This document shows, one piece after another, positions 17,288 through 26,485 of a stretch of DNA of 56,419 bases. Every line of letters starts with the position of its first letter. The first letter of the stretch is position 1. The position numbers and the translations under genes were made by a program. This DNA is from an uncultured Candidatus Sumerlaeota bacterium (GTDB lineage Bacteria; Sumerlaeota; Sumerlaeia; SLMS01), in assembly GCA_964420455.1 (NCBI GenBank), contig CAYQTO010000007.1, positions 1-56,419 of the forward strand, in the 5' to 3' direction. The notes under the pieces are model-generated. The model saw nothing but the letters and a program-made list of their open reading frames with translations. It made no database searches and had not been told where the DNA came from.

Positions 17288-19161
17288 AAGCGGAAGACGC
17301 GGCCGCCGAGCGGGTCGCGCCGGATTTCCTCCAAATAGGTCTCGCGGAACCGCGCCGCCTCGCCTCCGTCGAGCGGTTCCAGCGTATACACATGTGTCCA
17401 GCCGCGATGGTGGAAGACGGCCGCCATCTCCGCCGCGGAATGGCCCGTCTCCTCGAGTGTGGTGATGACCTCGCGCGCGATGCAGGGAGCGTTGGGCGTG
17501 CAGCGCACGCGGAGCAGCGGCAGCGTGGGGATGGCGCGCGACGCCAGCAGGCGATCCTCCGGCCCGAGCGTGCCATTGATCCAGTCGATTGTCGTCGCGG
17601 TGGGGGCATGGGCCGCGTACCATTCCCCGGCTTGGGCGCTTGTCAGTACGGGTGCCACCGGCGGCGTGGCGATCGCCTTGCGCCCGAACTGTCTATACAG
17701 GGCGAAGTCATATGCGTTTCGTGCGCCGTGGGTGACCGCCCCGGCCAGCAGGAGCGTCGCCATCCAGGGCATCCCGGAGCGGGCGGTGATTCGGACCAGT
17801 TCGTTTCCGGCGGCCAGCACCGCAATCGGGTAGAGCGGGTAGAGGAAGCGCCAGAACGGAGCGAAGACAAGAGGCACCACCGCCAGGCAAAGCCAGAGGG
17901 AAAGGAGCAGCCGGAAGCCCCCCTGCGCGGGGTCCGTCCGTCGCAACAGCAGCCAGCCGAGCAGGGCCCCGGGACCCAGAAACAGGATCCCCGTCACGCT
18001 CGACAGCTTCGCGTTCGAGTTCAACACGTAGAGATGGTCGATGGTGAGGGCCGATCCGCCGGGTCCCCCCTCGCCGTAGGCGTAGTAGCGGGCAAAGAAG
18101 GTCATGCCTACCCGCACGTCGTCGAAGGGTGGAAAAACGTCGACCAGAAAGGGAAAGAAAGGGCTTCCTGTATAGACGGTGTTCTTGAGCCACCAGGGCA
18201 CCGAGGGGGGGGCCATCGCCACGCCGAGGAGGATCGTGCGCGCGAACACCGGACGCCACTCCTCGCGACGGACCACGATGCAGGCGACGGGATAGGCGAG
18301 CCATGCCGGCAGGAGGAGCGCGGCGCCGGTTTGCTTGACGGCGGCAAGACAGCCGAGAAGGAGGCCGGCAAGCACGAGGCTTTTGCGGCTGCCATTCTCG
18401 GTCGCCCCCGCCAGGGCGATGGCGCCCGCTACGGCATACAGCATGCCGCCGGCATCGACATGGGCGGTCACCCCGTAGCGGCCGACGTCCTCGCTCGCGA
18501 GGACGAGGAACGCGGCCGTATAGCCAAGCGCGCGGCCTTGGAGCCAGCGCCCAAGCCCCGCCACGCCAATCGCGGCACCAACACAGCGGCCGAGCTCCAT
18601 CAACTTGGCAACAATGACCCCCCCGGGCTCGATCGCCAACGCCCAAAGGTAGGTCATCTGCGAGAGGAAATGCCAGTTCGAGTGGGGCTCGTAGGGGAAG
18701 CGGACGATGGCGCCTTCGTTGAGCCAGGCCGCGGGGACGGAGAGGTGATAGACAATCGAGTCGATCTCGAGCTCCGGGCTGAAGGTCATCCAGAGCAGGA
18801 GGACGAGCGGGGAGCCGGCGAGGAGAAAGCCCGCCGCGTCCCACGCGTCGAGGCTGCGGAGCGAGGCCAGAAGGGGAGCTCTCAGGAGAACAGTCGTATA
18901 GACAAGGAAGCCCGCGAGGAGCAGGGCGATGAGGGAGACCATCCAGCCGGGTGGGAGGACGAGGACGCCAATGGCAAGGGTGAGGGTGGAGAGAAGCGCC
19001 TGGCCCGCGGAGAGGAGAACGCAGGCAGCCATGAGGAGGCGGGCGGCCGGATCGGCACCATCGGGCAGGGCGGAAAGGAGGAGGCGGCGGAGGGGCGGCC
19101 ACGCGACGCCGGCGCCAAGGCAGGCGCCGTGGAGCAGCAACGCAAGGGCGAGCCAGTCCAC
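17269..19161 (-). CDS. polytopic membrane protein, GT-C-type (family 39/ArnT-like) glycosyltransferase candidate
   Basis: 630 aa. More than 10 predicted TM helices followed by a soluble C-terminal domain. Similarity to PMT_2-type enzymes is judged only from topology and loop motifs. Confidence 0.4.
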   Translation of the reverse strand: MDWLALALLLHGACLGAGVAWPPLRRLLLSALPDGADPAARLLMAACVLLSAGQALLSTLTLAIGVLVLPPGWMVSLIALLLAGFLVYTTVLLRAPLLASLRSLDAWDAAGFLLAGSPLVLLLWMTFSPELEIDSIVYHLSVPAAWLNEGAIVRFPYEPHSNWHFLSQMTYLWALAIEPGGVIVAKLMELGRCVGAAIGVAGLGRWLQGRALGYTAAFLVLASEDVGRYGVTAHVDAGGMLYAVAGAIALAGATENGSRKSLVLAGLLLGCLAAVKQTGAALLLPAWLAYPVACIVVRREEWRPVFARTILLGVAMAPPSVPWWLKNTVYTGSPFFPFLVDVFPPFDDVRVGMTFFARYYAYGEGGPGGSALTIDHLYVLNSNAKLSSVTGILFLGPGALLGWLLLRRTDPAQGGFRLLLSLWLCLAVVPLVFAPFWRFLYPLYPIAVLAAGNELVRITARSGMPWMATLLLAGAVTHGARNAYDFALYRQFGRKAIATPPVAPVLTSAQAGEWYAAHAPTATTIDWINGTLGPEDRLLASRAIPTLPLLRVRCTPNAPCIAREVITTLEETGHSAAEMAAVFHHRGWTHVYTLEPLDGGEAARFRETYLEEIRRDPLGGRVFRFQSGEK

Positions 19162-19175
19162 GGCGCCCCTCTGGG

Positions 19176-21791
19176 TCAGCGGCGGTGGAGCGTTATCGCG
19201 AAGATATACGCGCCGCGGTCGAACTCGGGCATGCGGACGGCCTCCAGTGCGCGGTCCGGGTCAACGTCCCAGGTCCAGGTGAACATCTCCGTCGGCGGAT
19301 GGGCGTTGCCATAGGGGACATAGCGGTGGGGGGCACGGAACGCCCGGGCGAAACCCGGCGGCGGCGGCGTGCACCATTCTGGAATCTGCGAGTCGATGGC
19401 TTCCGTTGATCCGTCTGTATAGACGAGTTCCCAGGTGCCGGGGTGCTTGCCGTCGTGGCCGAAGCCGATCATCGAAATCGCGGCATACTCGTCCTCGGGG
19501 ACGGCGATGAGCTGGCCCTTGGGCAGCAGGGCGTTCAGCTTGCCGTCCTCGAGCGAGGGCATCCGAAACGGTACGCCGTGGGTGCGCAGCTCCCGGTCCG
19601 ACGGCGTGAAGTCCGCGGGATAAATGAACATGCCCATTTCCTTCGTATAGTCGTCGCGGTTGGTGGCGAAGGAAACGGCGTCGTAGTTGAAGTCGTCCGT
19701 GAGGTCGAGCATCACCGCGTCGCTCACCGCGGGCCTGTCGACGACGGTCACGGTGAAGGGGACCCTGCTGATGGCACCGAGAAAGCGGACCTCGATCTCG
19801 CCCGTGTGGTCGCCGGGGGGCGTGCTTCCGGAAAGGGAGAGCGGAAAACGTTCACGGAGGCGCTCGCCGGGTTGGAGGGTACGGTTTGGCGGTGCTGTTC
19901 CGGCATCGATGGGGCCGGCGATTTCGAAACCATAGGAAAGGTCGATCGGTTCACTGCTGGTGTTGCGGAGCTGGAGCTCGACCAGGTTGGGCTCGCCGGG
20001 CACCGCATAGACGGGTGTGGGGACGACCTGCGTCTCGAGGGGACTGCGGACGGGAATCGTGAGGGGAATCGACCGGGTGACGTCGAGCGTGTCGTCGCCG
20101 GGTGCGGGGACGAACTCGGCGTAGGGGGAGATGCGACCGTCGAGGACCACGGACTCGGCGGTAAGTGTATAGACAAGTTCGGTCCGCGCGCCGGGCTCCA
20201 GGGCGATGTCGGTGCCGCCCTGCGGCTCGAGAGTCCAATCGCCGGGAACGCGCTTGAGGGTCACCGTTCCGCGGAGGGAGGTGTGGCGGGCGTTGAGGAC
20301 GGACACGCGGAGCTGGCGCTCGTCGCCGAGGGAAAGTGGCTCGTCATTCCCCCAAAGGTCGAGCGCGGGTCCCCGCTGGTGGTTCATGTCGGAAAAGGCG
20401 AAGTGGGGCTTGCCGGCGGTGGTGACCGTATAGGCGCGGGCCTCGCCGGGGTCGAGTTGTGCGGTGAGGACAAGCTGGCGGCCGGAGACCGGCGTCGCCG
20501 TGTAGGTGCCCTGGTAGTCGGGGACGAGCCGGTCGACGAGGAGCACGGCGGGCCCGGAGACGTCGGGGAGGGTGAGCCGTAGTTCCACCTCGCGGGACTC
20601 CTCCGCCCGGTTGCGGACAACCGCCGTCGAGAGCTGCGAGTCGCCACGGGTGTCGCTGCTGGCGGTCACCTGGATGTCCGGGGCCTGTTCCCCCTCCGCG
20701 AGCGTATAGACGTGTTCGCCGGCGAGGTTGCGAAACAGCCAGTAGGGCCGATACGTCCCCGGGATGATGCCGCCCATCTTGTCAACGAGGCCAAAGGAGT
20801 AGTTCCCCGATTCGTTGTACTCCATGCAGCAGAAGTGGTGGACGGCGAGGAGGAGATTCTGGATGGAGAGGAAGGCGAACTGGCGGTCGAGGATGAACTG
20901 CATCTTGTCCCAGCCCTGAAACCAGGCGTCGGTTTCGGTGATCATCACGCGGCCGTTTTCCTTGCCGGGGAGCTGTCGGAACATTTCGGCGTACTTGCGG
21001 ACGGATTCGACGAGGATCTCGTGGCCCTGGCCCTGTGGTCCGTAGTGATGAAAGATGAGGTAGTCGGCGTTCGGGCCGCATTCGGCGACAAAGTCGCGCA
21101 TCCATCCCTCGGGGTCGTCGCCGCTGTGGGTGATGGTGGGGCCGCCGATCATCACGCCGGGGTAATCGCGGCGGATGCGGTCGGCCACGGTGTTGTACAG
21201 GTCGAAGTAGGACTGGCGCGTGCCCTGGTAGAACATGCCCATGTTGGGCTCGTTCCAGACCTGGAGGTACTTGAGGTTGGGGGCGTAGTCCGGGCCGCGC
21301 CGGCCGTTGTAGTGCTCCACCACGGCGGCGGCGAATTCCGCCCACTCCTCGTTGTCGCTGATGGTGGTGTTCGCGTCGTTGTCCGACAGCCAGTCCACCC
21401 CATAGCCGAGTAGGACCAGGGGCTCCATGCCGAGTCTGTCTTTATAGACATCCTCGAAGGCGCCGATGTCCTCGATGAAGCGGATCATGCGGTCCGTGTG
21501 GAGGCGGTCCCAGTCGAAGGTCTCCGGATCGTCATTGTCGTTTTCCGGTTCGAGGCGGGAGATCCAGGTCTCGAGCCGGGTCTGCGTCCCCTCGGGGTTC
21601 AGCCGGGCGAAGGTCTCCATGACCATTGGGTCGGGCTCGACGTAGACTTGCATGAATCCCTGGGTGCTGAAGAGGGCACGGTTCACCCGGCCGGTGGGGT
21701 GGGTCCAGTCAACGGTGATGGTGGCATCGGGGGCGGCCGGGATGGTGGGGGCCAGTGCGGCCAGGATGGCGACAATCGCGAGGCAGCGCAT
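19176..21791 (-). CDS. secreted clan GH-A glycoside hydrolase with C-terminal beta-sandwich domains
   Basis: Start chosen at MRCLAIVAILAALAP (signal peptide). YLQVWNEPN is the acid/base NEP motif, and VMITETDAW is the nucleophile Glu motif of (beta/alpha)8 GH-A enzymes. The upstream 55 codons of the tracked ORF are rejected. Confidence 0.6.
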   Translation of the reverse strand: MRCLAIVAILAALAPTIPAAPDATITVDWTHPTGRVNRALFSTQGFMQVYVEPDPMVMETFARLNPEGTQTRLETWISRLEPENDNDDPETFDWDRLHTDRMIRFIEDIGAFEDVYKDRLGMEPLVLLGYGVDWLSDNDANTTISDNEEWAEFAAAVVEHYNGRRGPDYAPNLKYLQVWNEPNMGMFYQGTRQSYFDLYNTVADRIRRDYPGVMIGGPTITHSGDDPEGWMRDFVAECGPNADYLIFHHYGPQGQGHEILVESVRKYAEMFRQLPGKENGRVMITETDAWFQGWDKMQFILDRQFAFLSIQNLLLAVHHFCCMEYNESGNYSFGLVDKMGGIIPGTYRPYWLFRNLAGEHVYTLAEGEQAPDIQVTASSDTRGDSQLSTAVVRNRAEESREVELRLTLPDVSGPAVLLVDRLVPDYQGTYTATPVSGRQLVLTAQLDPGEARAYTVTTAGKPHFAFSDMNHQRGPALDLWGNDEPLSLGDERQLRVSVLNARHTSLRGTVTLKRVPGDWTLEPQGGTDIALEPGARTELVYTLTAESVVLDGRISPYAEFVPAPGDDTLDVTRSIPLTIPVRSPLETQVVPTPVYAVPGEPNLVELQLRNTSSEPIDLSYGFEIAGPIDAGTAPPNRTLQPGERLRERFPLSLSGSTPPGDHTGEIEVRFLGAISRVPFTVTVVDRPAVSDAVMLDLTDDFNYDAVSFATNRDDYTKEMGMFIYPADFTPSDRELRTHGVPFRMPSLEDGKLNALLPKGQLIAVPEDEYAAISMIGFGHDGKHPGTWELVYTDGSTEAIDSQIPEWCTPPPPGFARAFRAPHRYVPYGNAHPPTEMFTWTWDVDPDRALEAVRMPEFDRGAYIFAITLHRR

Positions 21792-21852
21792 CGGGTGGGT
21801 TCCTTCCCTCGGGGGGATTGCTGGGGTGGAGGATGGGGCGGGGGTCAACGTC

Positions 21853-22599
21853 CTAGCCGTTGGGGTGTTGTCGGCCATGGTAGCGCCAGTGCCAGGGCTC
21901 GCTGATGTAGCCCGTCTCGGCGGTGTTGTCGTCCGTATAGCTCCTCCGAAAGCCAAAGGAGGCGGCGTTTGCGGCGAGCCACTGCCCCTGGGGCGTGTCC
22001 TGGAAGGCGTGCTCGAAGTTGTACCGCTGGTCGGGATCGGTGAGGTCGACGGTGGTGCCGAGCTGGTGTTCGCTGTGGCCGGGGCGGGCGCTGTAACGCT
22101 GGCCGTTGCCGTCGCGGTCGCACGCGGCGAGATAGAGGGCGCGCTGGCGGATGCCGGGGCGATAGGCGGAGATGATGCGCATGTCGACGTCGTCGTTCGC
22201 AGCCGCCTCGAGCATTTTCAGGACGGCGGCGAGCGCCTCGCGGCGCAGGCGGTAGTCCTTGCCGTCGGGAATCGTCCAATTGGGTGGGATGGGTTCAAGA
22301 TCGCCGGGCTCGTACTCAATGGGCACGCCCCACCACCGGTCGACTACTTCCCTGCCGATGGCCAGGTCGCCGTCCTGGAGGTTGTCCGGGTGGACACGGA
22401 GGAGGGCCGTCATGGAGACGAAGGCGGGGCTTCCGTCGATCTCCGTCTCGAGCCACTCCTCGTCCGTTTCCGGGTTCACGTGGATGGCGGTGCCGGTCAC
22501 CTGCAGGCCGGCTGTATAGACGCGGCAGACTCCCGAGGCGTCTGTGGGCTGCTCGCGGGCGAGGGTATCCGCAAAGAGGGTGTAGGGGGCGTCTTGCAT
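21853..22599 (-). CDS. M15-family D-Ala-D-Ala carboxypeptidase (VanY-like)
   Basis: SAYRPG, GHSEHQLGTTVDL and EPWHWRY zinc-site motifs. No signal peptide on the longest possible ORF. Confidence 0.8.
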   Translation of the reverse strand: MQDAPYTLFADTLAREQPTDASGVCRVYTAGLQVTGTAIHVNPETDEEWLETEIDGSPAFVSMTALLRVHPDNLQDGDLAIGREVVDRWWGVPIEYEPGDLEPIPPNWTIPDGKDYRLRREALAAVLKMLEAAANDDVDMRIISAYRPGIRQRALYLAACDRDGNGQRYSARPGHSEHQLGTTVDLTDPDQRYNFEHAFQDTPQGQWLAANAASFGFRRSYTDDNTAETGYISEPWHWRYHGRQHPNG

Positions 22600-22617
22600 A
22601 CTGGGATCCTTGTCCGG

Positions 22618-22914
22618 TCAGTCGCGATCCATCGGATGTTCGGGGCGCTCGATCGGTTGGTCCTTCAGCTCCTCCGCCTTCTCCTTGAAGAGGGCGTCGA
22701 GCTTTGAGAACCGTTCTGCCTCCCGCTTCTTTGCGTCGGCAAAGCGCTTCTCGGCCCGTTCCTTCGCGGAGAGGACGCGCTGGCGGGCATCCTCAAAGCG
22801 GTCGCCGCTGCTCTCCTCCACGATGGGCTTGCGCGACTCGAGGAGCTTGCCCGTCTTCCGGTCGATCACGAGGACCGTGTCGCAACCGGGGCATTTCACT
22901 TCCCAGACTTCCAT
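22618..22914 (-). CDS. small zinc-ribbon protein with charged coiled tail
   Basis: 98 aa. N-terminal CPGC followed by a beta-hairpin, then a Lys/Glu/Arg-rich helix. Only one CxxC is visible, so metal binding is uncertain. Confidence 0.45.
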   Translation of the reverse strand: MEVWEVKCPGCDTVLVIDRKTGKLLESRKPIVEESSGDRFEDARQRVLSAKERAEKRFADAKKREAERFSKLDALFKEKAEELKDQPIERPEHPMDRD

Positions 22915-22988
22915 GGGGGCGCGTCTCCCGGGATCAAGATGGTGGCACGCTCGCCCGGGGATTTCGCCCGGTCAAGTGCTGGGGCGTT

Positions 22989-23504
22989 TCAGACAGCCTT
23001 GCGCTTGCGCCAGGCGGCGGTCTCCTCGCGCCACTGGCCGGCGTCCAGCCGCGCGGGAAGGAACGCCTCGAACAACTCGTCCACGAGGAGGTAGGCGCGC
23101 ATGATGGCCTCGGCGCGCATGGCGAGGTAGGCCTCGGGGTCGGGCACCGGAGGCACCGGCACGCGGAGCGAGCGCAGGTCGAAAGTCTCCGCATCGAGCG
23201 TGAACCGCCACTGGTCCTCCATGCAGTTGAGGAGGACCTTCGCGCGGGTGAGCTTCTTGCCCTGGCGGAGGGCGCTGATGACCTCCGGGGCCACGGCGGC
23301 CTCGTCACCGGCGAGGGTCACCTTGCTCGCCTCGGCGCCATCGCCGGTGAAGACCAGCGGCCCCTGGATGTCGACCTGAAGGCCGGGTTCCGACGGCGGG
23401 GCAGGAAGGTCGTCGTCGAGCACGCGCACCAACAGCCAGGTAAGGAAGTCGGGCCCGAGGGCGGCGTAGCGCTGGAAGGCCTCGAGCGGGGCGAGTTGTT
23501 CCAT
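22989..23504 (-). CDS. RdgC C-terminal-half-like protein
   Basis: Last 172 codons of tracked ORF 22989..24680. The ATG at 23504 overlaps the stop of the upstream gene (ATGA). FLTWLL..., KVTLAGD...ALRQGKKLTRAKVLL...WRFTLDAETFDLRSLRV resembles the C-terminal part of RdgC. Confidence 0.45.
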   Translation of the reverse strand: MEQLAPLEAFQRYAALGPDFLTWLLVRVLDDDLPAPPSEPGLQVDIQGPLVFTGDGAEASKVTLAGDEAAVAPEVISALRQGKKLTRAKVLLNCMEDQWRFTLDAETFDLRSLRVPVPPVPDPEAYLAMRAEAIMRAYLLVDELFEAFLPARLDAGQWREETAAWRKRKAV

Positions 23505-24127
23505 CAGGCCTTCTTCCCTTCCGCGGCGGAGGCGAGGTGGAATTCCTCCTCGAGCCCCTGGCCGGCAATGAACTCGGCGCCGCTGACGGCGGGAAACATC
23601 GGCCGCAGGTGCAGGTCGAAGGTCGCCTCGAAGAGCTCCTGCATGCGCTCGCACAAGGCGTTGGCCGTCGCCCCCATCAACACAATGCCCGAGTTCATGT
23701 CCCACAGGAGTTCGCTGAAGGCACTCGCGGGAGAAGTCTCCTTGAGCATCTCGACAGTGAGTTCCTCCTCGATGGCGAGCCGCTGCTGGCGAGAGAGCTT
23801 GGCGATGCCACGGTCCTCGCGGATGGTGGCGATGCGGTCGTCGCGGCGGGCGCGAAAGAGGACCGGGGAGAAGGCCTTCCGGTCGCGCCGCACGCCGAGG
23901 AGCACATAGGGCGTGATGAGAACATCGTCCCAGGTGAACTGCTGGTCGAGAACCCGGCGCGGATTGACCCAGCCAAAGCTTTCCTTCTCGCCGCGGTTGT
24001 CGTCGATGGGGCGCCAGGCATAGCGGCGCATGGCGAGGGTGGCGGTCTGGTCGAGGGTTCGCGGGGGATCCTCGACAACGCGGTATCGGCGGACGCTCAG
24101 GGCGCCGGAGGTAAACGGCATGGGCAA
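23504..24127 (-). CDS. RdgC-like recombination-associated protein (N-terminal two-thirds)
   Basis: 207 aa. The pattern FTSGALSVRRYRV...ESFGWVNPRRVL...VLLGVRRDRKAFSP...LTVEMLKETSPASAFSELLWDMNSGIVLMG parallels the RdgC family N-terminal and central regions. Confidence 0.55.
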   Translation of the reverse strand: MPMPFTSGALSVRRYRVVEDPPRTLDQTATLAMRRYAWRPIDDNRGEKESFGWVNPRRVLDQQFTWDDVLITPYVLLGVRRDRKAFSPVLFRARRDDRIATIREDRGIAKLSRQQRLAIEEELTVEMLKETSPASAFSELLWDMNSGIVLMGATANALCERMQELFEATFDLHLRPMFPAVSGAEFIAGQGLEEEFHLASAAEGKKA

Positions 24128-24311
24128 CTCGCGAGGGAACGGTCAATCCTGCGCGACGCCACGAGAGCCGCGCCGCAATCCGGGAGAAATCGTCGACCGC
24201 GGCCCGCAGGTCAAGGGCGAGCCCCCATGCACCTTTGATTGCCTTTTTCCCCTGCCATTGGTCCGTTCTTCGCCAAGAGTTTGGCAACTCATCGCACGGA
24301 GGCGACCAATC

Positions 24312-24665
24312 ATGGACGAGACAAGGAAGCCGGAGGACCGTGCTGGCGGAGGCGACGGCTCCAGAACGCACCGGTTTACGCGCCTGCGGAGCGACTTCGC
24401 CTCGCCGCGACTGACCGTCGGGACATTGGCCTGCGCCGCGCGTGATAGCCTCCGCAAGGCGGAGGAAACCTTCATGGCTTTCTTTCCGCCCGCAGTCACG
24501 GAGCACCTCGTGAGGGCACAGGCGGAGGCGGTCCGCGCAGGCCAGCGACTCGGTGACCTCGCGATCGAGAACCTCGAACGCAAGGCCTCGCGGGCGCACG
24601 AACTCCACGAGCAGGTCCGCAACCAGCGGCCGCGCTCGATCCCCGTCCGGCGTGCGCAAGATTAA
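24312..24665 (+). CDS. hypothetical helical protein (weak call)
   Basis: 117-aa sub-ORF of 24030..24665, starting at [12 protein letters not shown]3-rich codons. No recognisable motif. Lies in the 750-nt gap upstream of acpP. Confidence 0.3.
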   Translation: MDETRKPEDRAGGGDGSRTHRFTRLRSDFASPRLTVGTLACAARDSLRKAEETFMAFFPPAVTEHLVRAQAEAVRAGQRLGDLAIENLERKASRAHELHEQVRNQRPRSIPVRRAQD

Positions 24666-24877
24666 CAGCTTCGATGTCACAGGGCCGGGGAATTCCCTTG
24701 CCCATGCTTTCTCTGGTTTGCCTTTTCGCTTGCCGCTTTGGAGTTCGTCCTCCTAAAGGGACGGATGCTTGTCGAGCAGGGCAGCCACTGGATCGCCTCG
24801 GCGGTTCCGCCCTCGAGGGAAGCCACCGTGCGGCATCATCAAATTTTCCGACCCGAAGACCCAGGAGACCACTGCGC

Positions 24878-25117
24878 ATGGCCACCATTGAAGAAAAAGT
24901 GAAGGAATGCATTGTCAGCCAGCTCGGCGTGAATGAGGACGAGGTGACCCCCGAGGCGTCGTTCATCGACGATCTCGGCGCCGACTCGCTCGACATCGTG
25001 GAGTTGGTGATGGCTTTCGAGGAGAAGTTCGAGGTGACGATTCCCGACGAGGACGTCGAAAAGCTCCGCACAGTGGGGGACGCGGTCAAATACGTGCAGG
25101 AGAAGTCGGGCCAGTAG
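24878..25117 (+). CDS. acpP: acyl carrier protein
   Basis: 79 aa. [13 protein letters not shown] phosphopantetheine-attachment motif. The upstream part of the tracked ORF is rejected. Confidence 0.95.
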   Translation: MATIEEKVKECIVSQLGVNEDEVTPEASFIDDLGADSLDIVELVMAFEEKFEVTIPDEDVEKLRTVGDAVKYVQEKSGQ

Positions 25118-25177
25118 TCGCCCAGGCGGTCTGCACCCGCCCCTGTCTCCAACCCCTTTGCGAGTTAGCGTTCCAGC

Positions 25178-26419
25178 ATGAGTCTACACCGCGTGGTGAT
25201 TACCGGCCTTGGTGCGATCACTCCGATCGGCAACAACGTGGCCGACTATTGGCAGGGCCTTCTCGACCGGCGATCGGGCGCGGGCCCGATCACTCGATTC
25301 GACCCGTCCGGCTTCAAGGTCAACTTCGCCTGCGAGGTGAAGGGCTTCGATCCCCTCGAACACTTCGACCGCAAGGAGGCGCGACGCCTCGAGCTCTTCG
25401 TCCAGTACGCGATCGTCGCTGCCCGCCAAGCCCTCGAGGCGAGCGGACTCGACATCGACGAGGTCGGCGCGGAGAACATCGGTGCCATGATCGGGTCCGG
25501 CATCGGCGGCCTCCAGGCCATGGAGGAGCAGGTCGGCATCCTCATCGAGAAAGGTCCCGACCGCGTCGCGGCCACGCTCATTCCCCGCATGATCGCCAAC
25601 ATGTCCGCCGGGATGGTGGGTATCCACCTGGGTCTCAAGGGTCCCAACAGCTGCCCCGTCACCGCCTGCGCCACCAGCACCAACGCCATTGGCGATGCCT
25701 ACAAGGTGATCCAGCGCGGCCAGGCCGTTGCCATGATCGCCGGCGGCACCGAATCCACGATCACCAAGCTGGGCGTGGCCGGCTTCCAGAACATGAAGGC
25801 CCTCAGCGAAAGGGCCGACGACCCCGCCACCGCCAGCCGCCCCTTCAGCGTCGACCGCGACGGCTTCGTCATGGGCGAGGGAGCCGGCATCCTCGTCCTC
25901 GAGGAGTACGAACACGCCAAGGCCCGCGGCGTGCCCATCCTCGCCGAGATCGTTGGCTATGGCATGACCTGCGACGCCCACCACATCACGGCACCCGCTC
26001 CCGACGGCGAGGGCCTCCAGCGCTGCATGCGCATGGCCCTCAGGGACGCCGGCCTCACACCGGGTGACGTCGGCTACATCAACGCCCACGGCACCAGCAC
26101 TCCCCTCAACGACAAGCTGGAGACGGCCGCCATCAAGGCGGTCTTCGGCGAACTCGCTCCCGGCATCCCCGTCAGCTCCAACAAGGGCTGCATTGGCCAC
26201 CTCCTTGGTGCCGCCGGGGCGGTCGAGTCCATTGCCTCAATCCGCACCCTCCAGACCAACACCCTCGCGCCAACCGCCAACTACAGCCAGCCCGACCCCG
26301 AGTGCGACCTCGACTACATCGTCGAGGGGCCGAGGCAGAAGGAAGTCGAGGTGGTCATGACCAACAACAGCGGCTTTGGCGGCCATAACGCTTCCCTCGT
26401 GTTTCGAAAGGCCACCTGA
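25178..26419 (+). CDS. fabF: 3-oxoacyl-ACP synthase II
   Basis: 413 aa. ACATSTNAIG active-site Cys, HGTSTPLND and GHLLGAAG His motifs. Confidence 0.95.
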   Translation: MSLHRVVITGLGAITPIGNNVADYWQGLLDRRSGAGPITRFDPSGFKVNFACEVKGFDPLEHFDRKEARRLELFVQYAIVAARQALEASGLDIDEVGAENIGAMIGSGIGGLQAMEEQVGILIEKGPDRVAATLIPRMIANMSAGMVGIHLGLKGPNSCPVTACATSTNAIGDAYKVIQRGQAVAMIAGGTESTITKLGVAGFQNMKALSERADDPATASRPFSVDRDGFVMGEGAGILVLEEYEHAKARGVPILAEIVGYGMTCDAHHITAPAPDGEGLQRCMRMALRDAGLTPGDVGYINAHGTSTPLNDKLETAAIKAVFGELAPGIPVSSNKGCIGHLLGAAGAVESIASIRTLQTNTLAPTANYSQPDPECDLDYIVEGPRQKEVEVVMTNNSGFGGHNASLVFRKAT

Positions 26420-26485
26420 TCACCGGGCTACCCCGGAAAGATCAGAGATTTGGACAGGAACGGGGGTCCTGAGCGATCCGGGCCC

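Noticed and set aside
22989-24680. 563-aa minus-strand ORF spanning the whole RdgC-like locus
   Set aside because: Its upstream two-thirds overlaps the motif-bearing 207-aa RdgC-like frame and translates to Arg/Pro-rich sequence. Only the last 172 codons, from the ATG at 23504, are retained.
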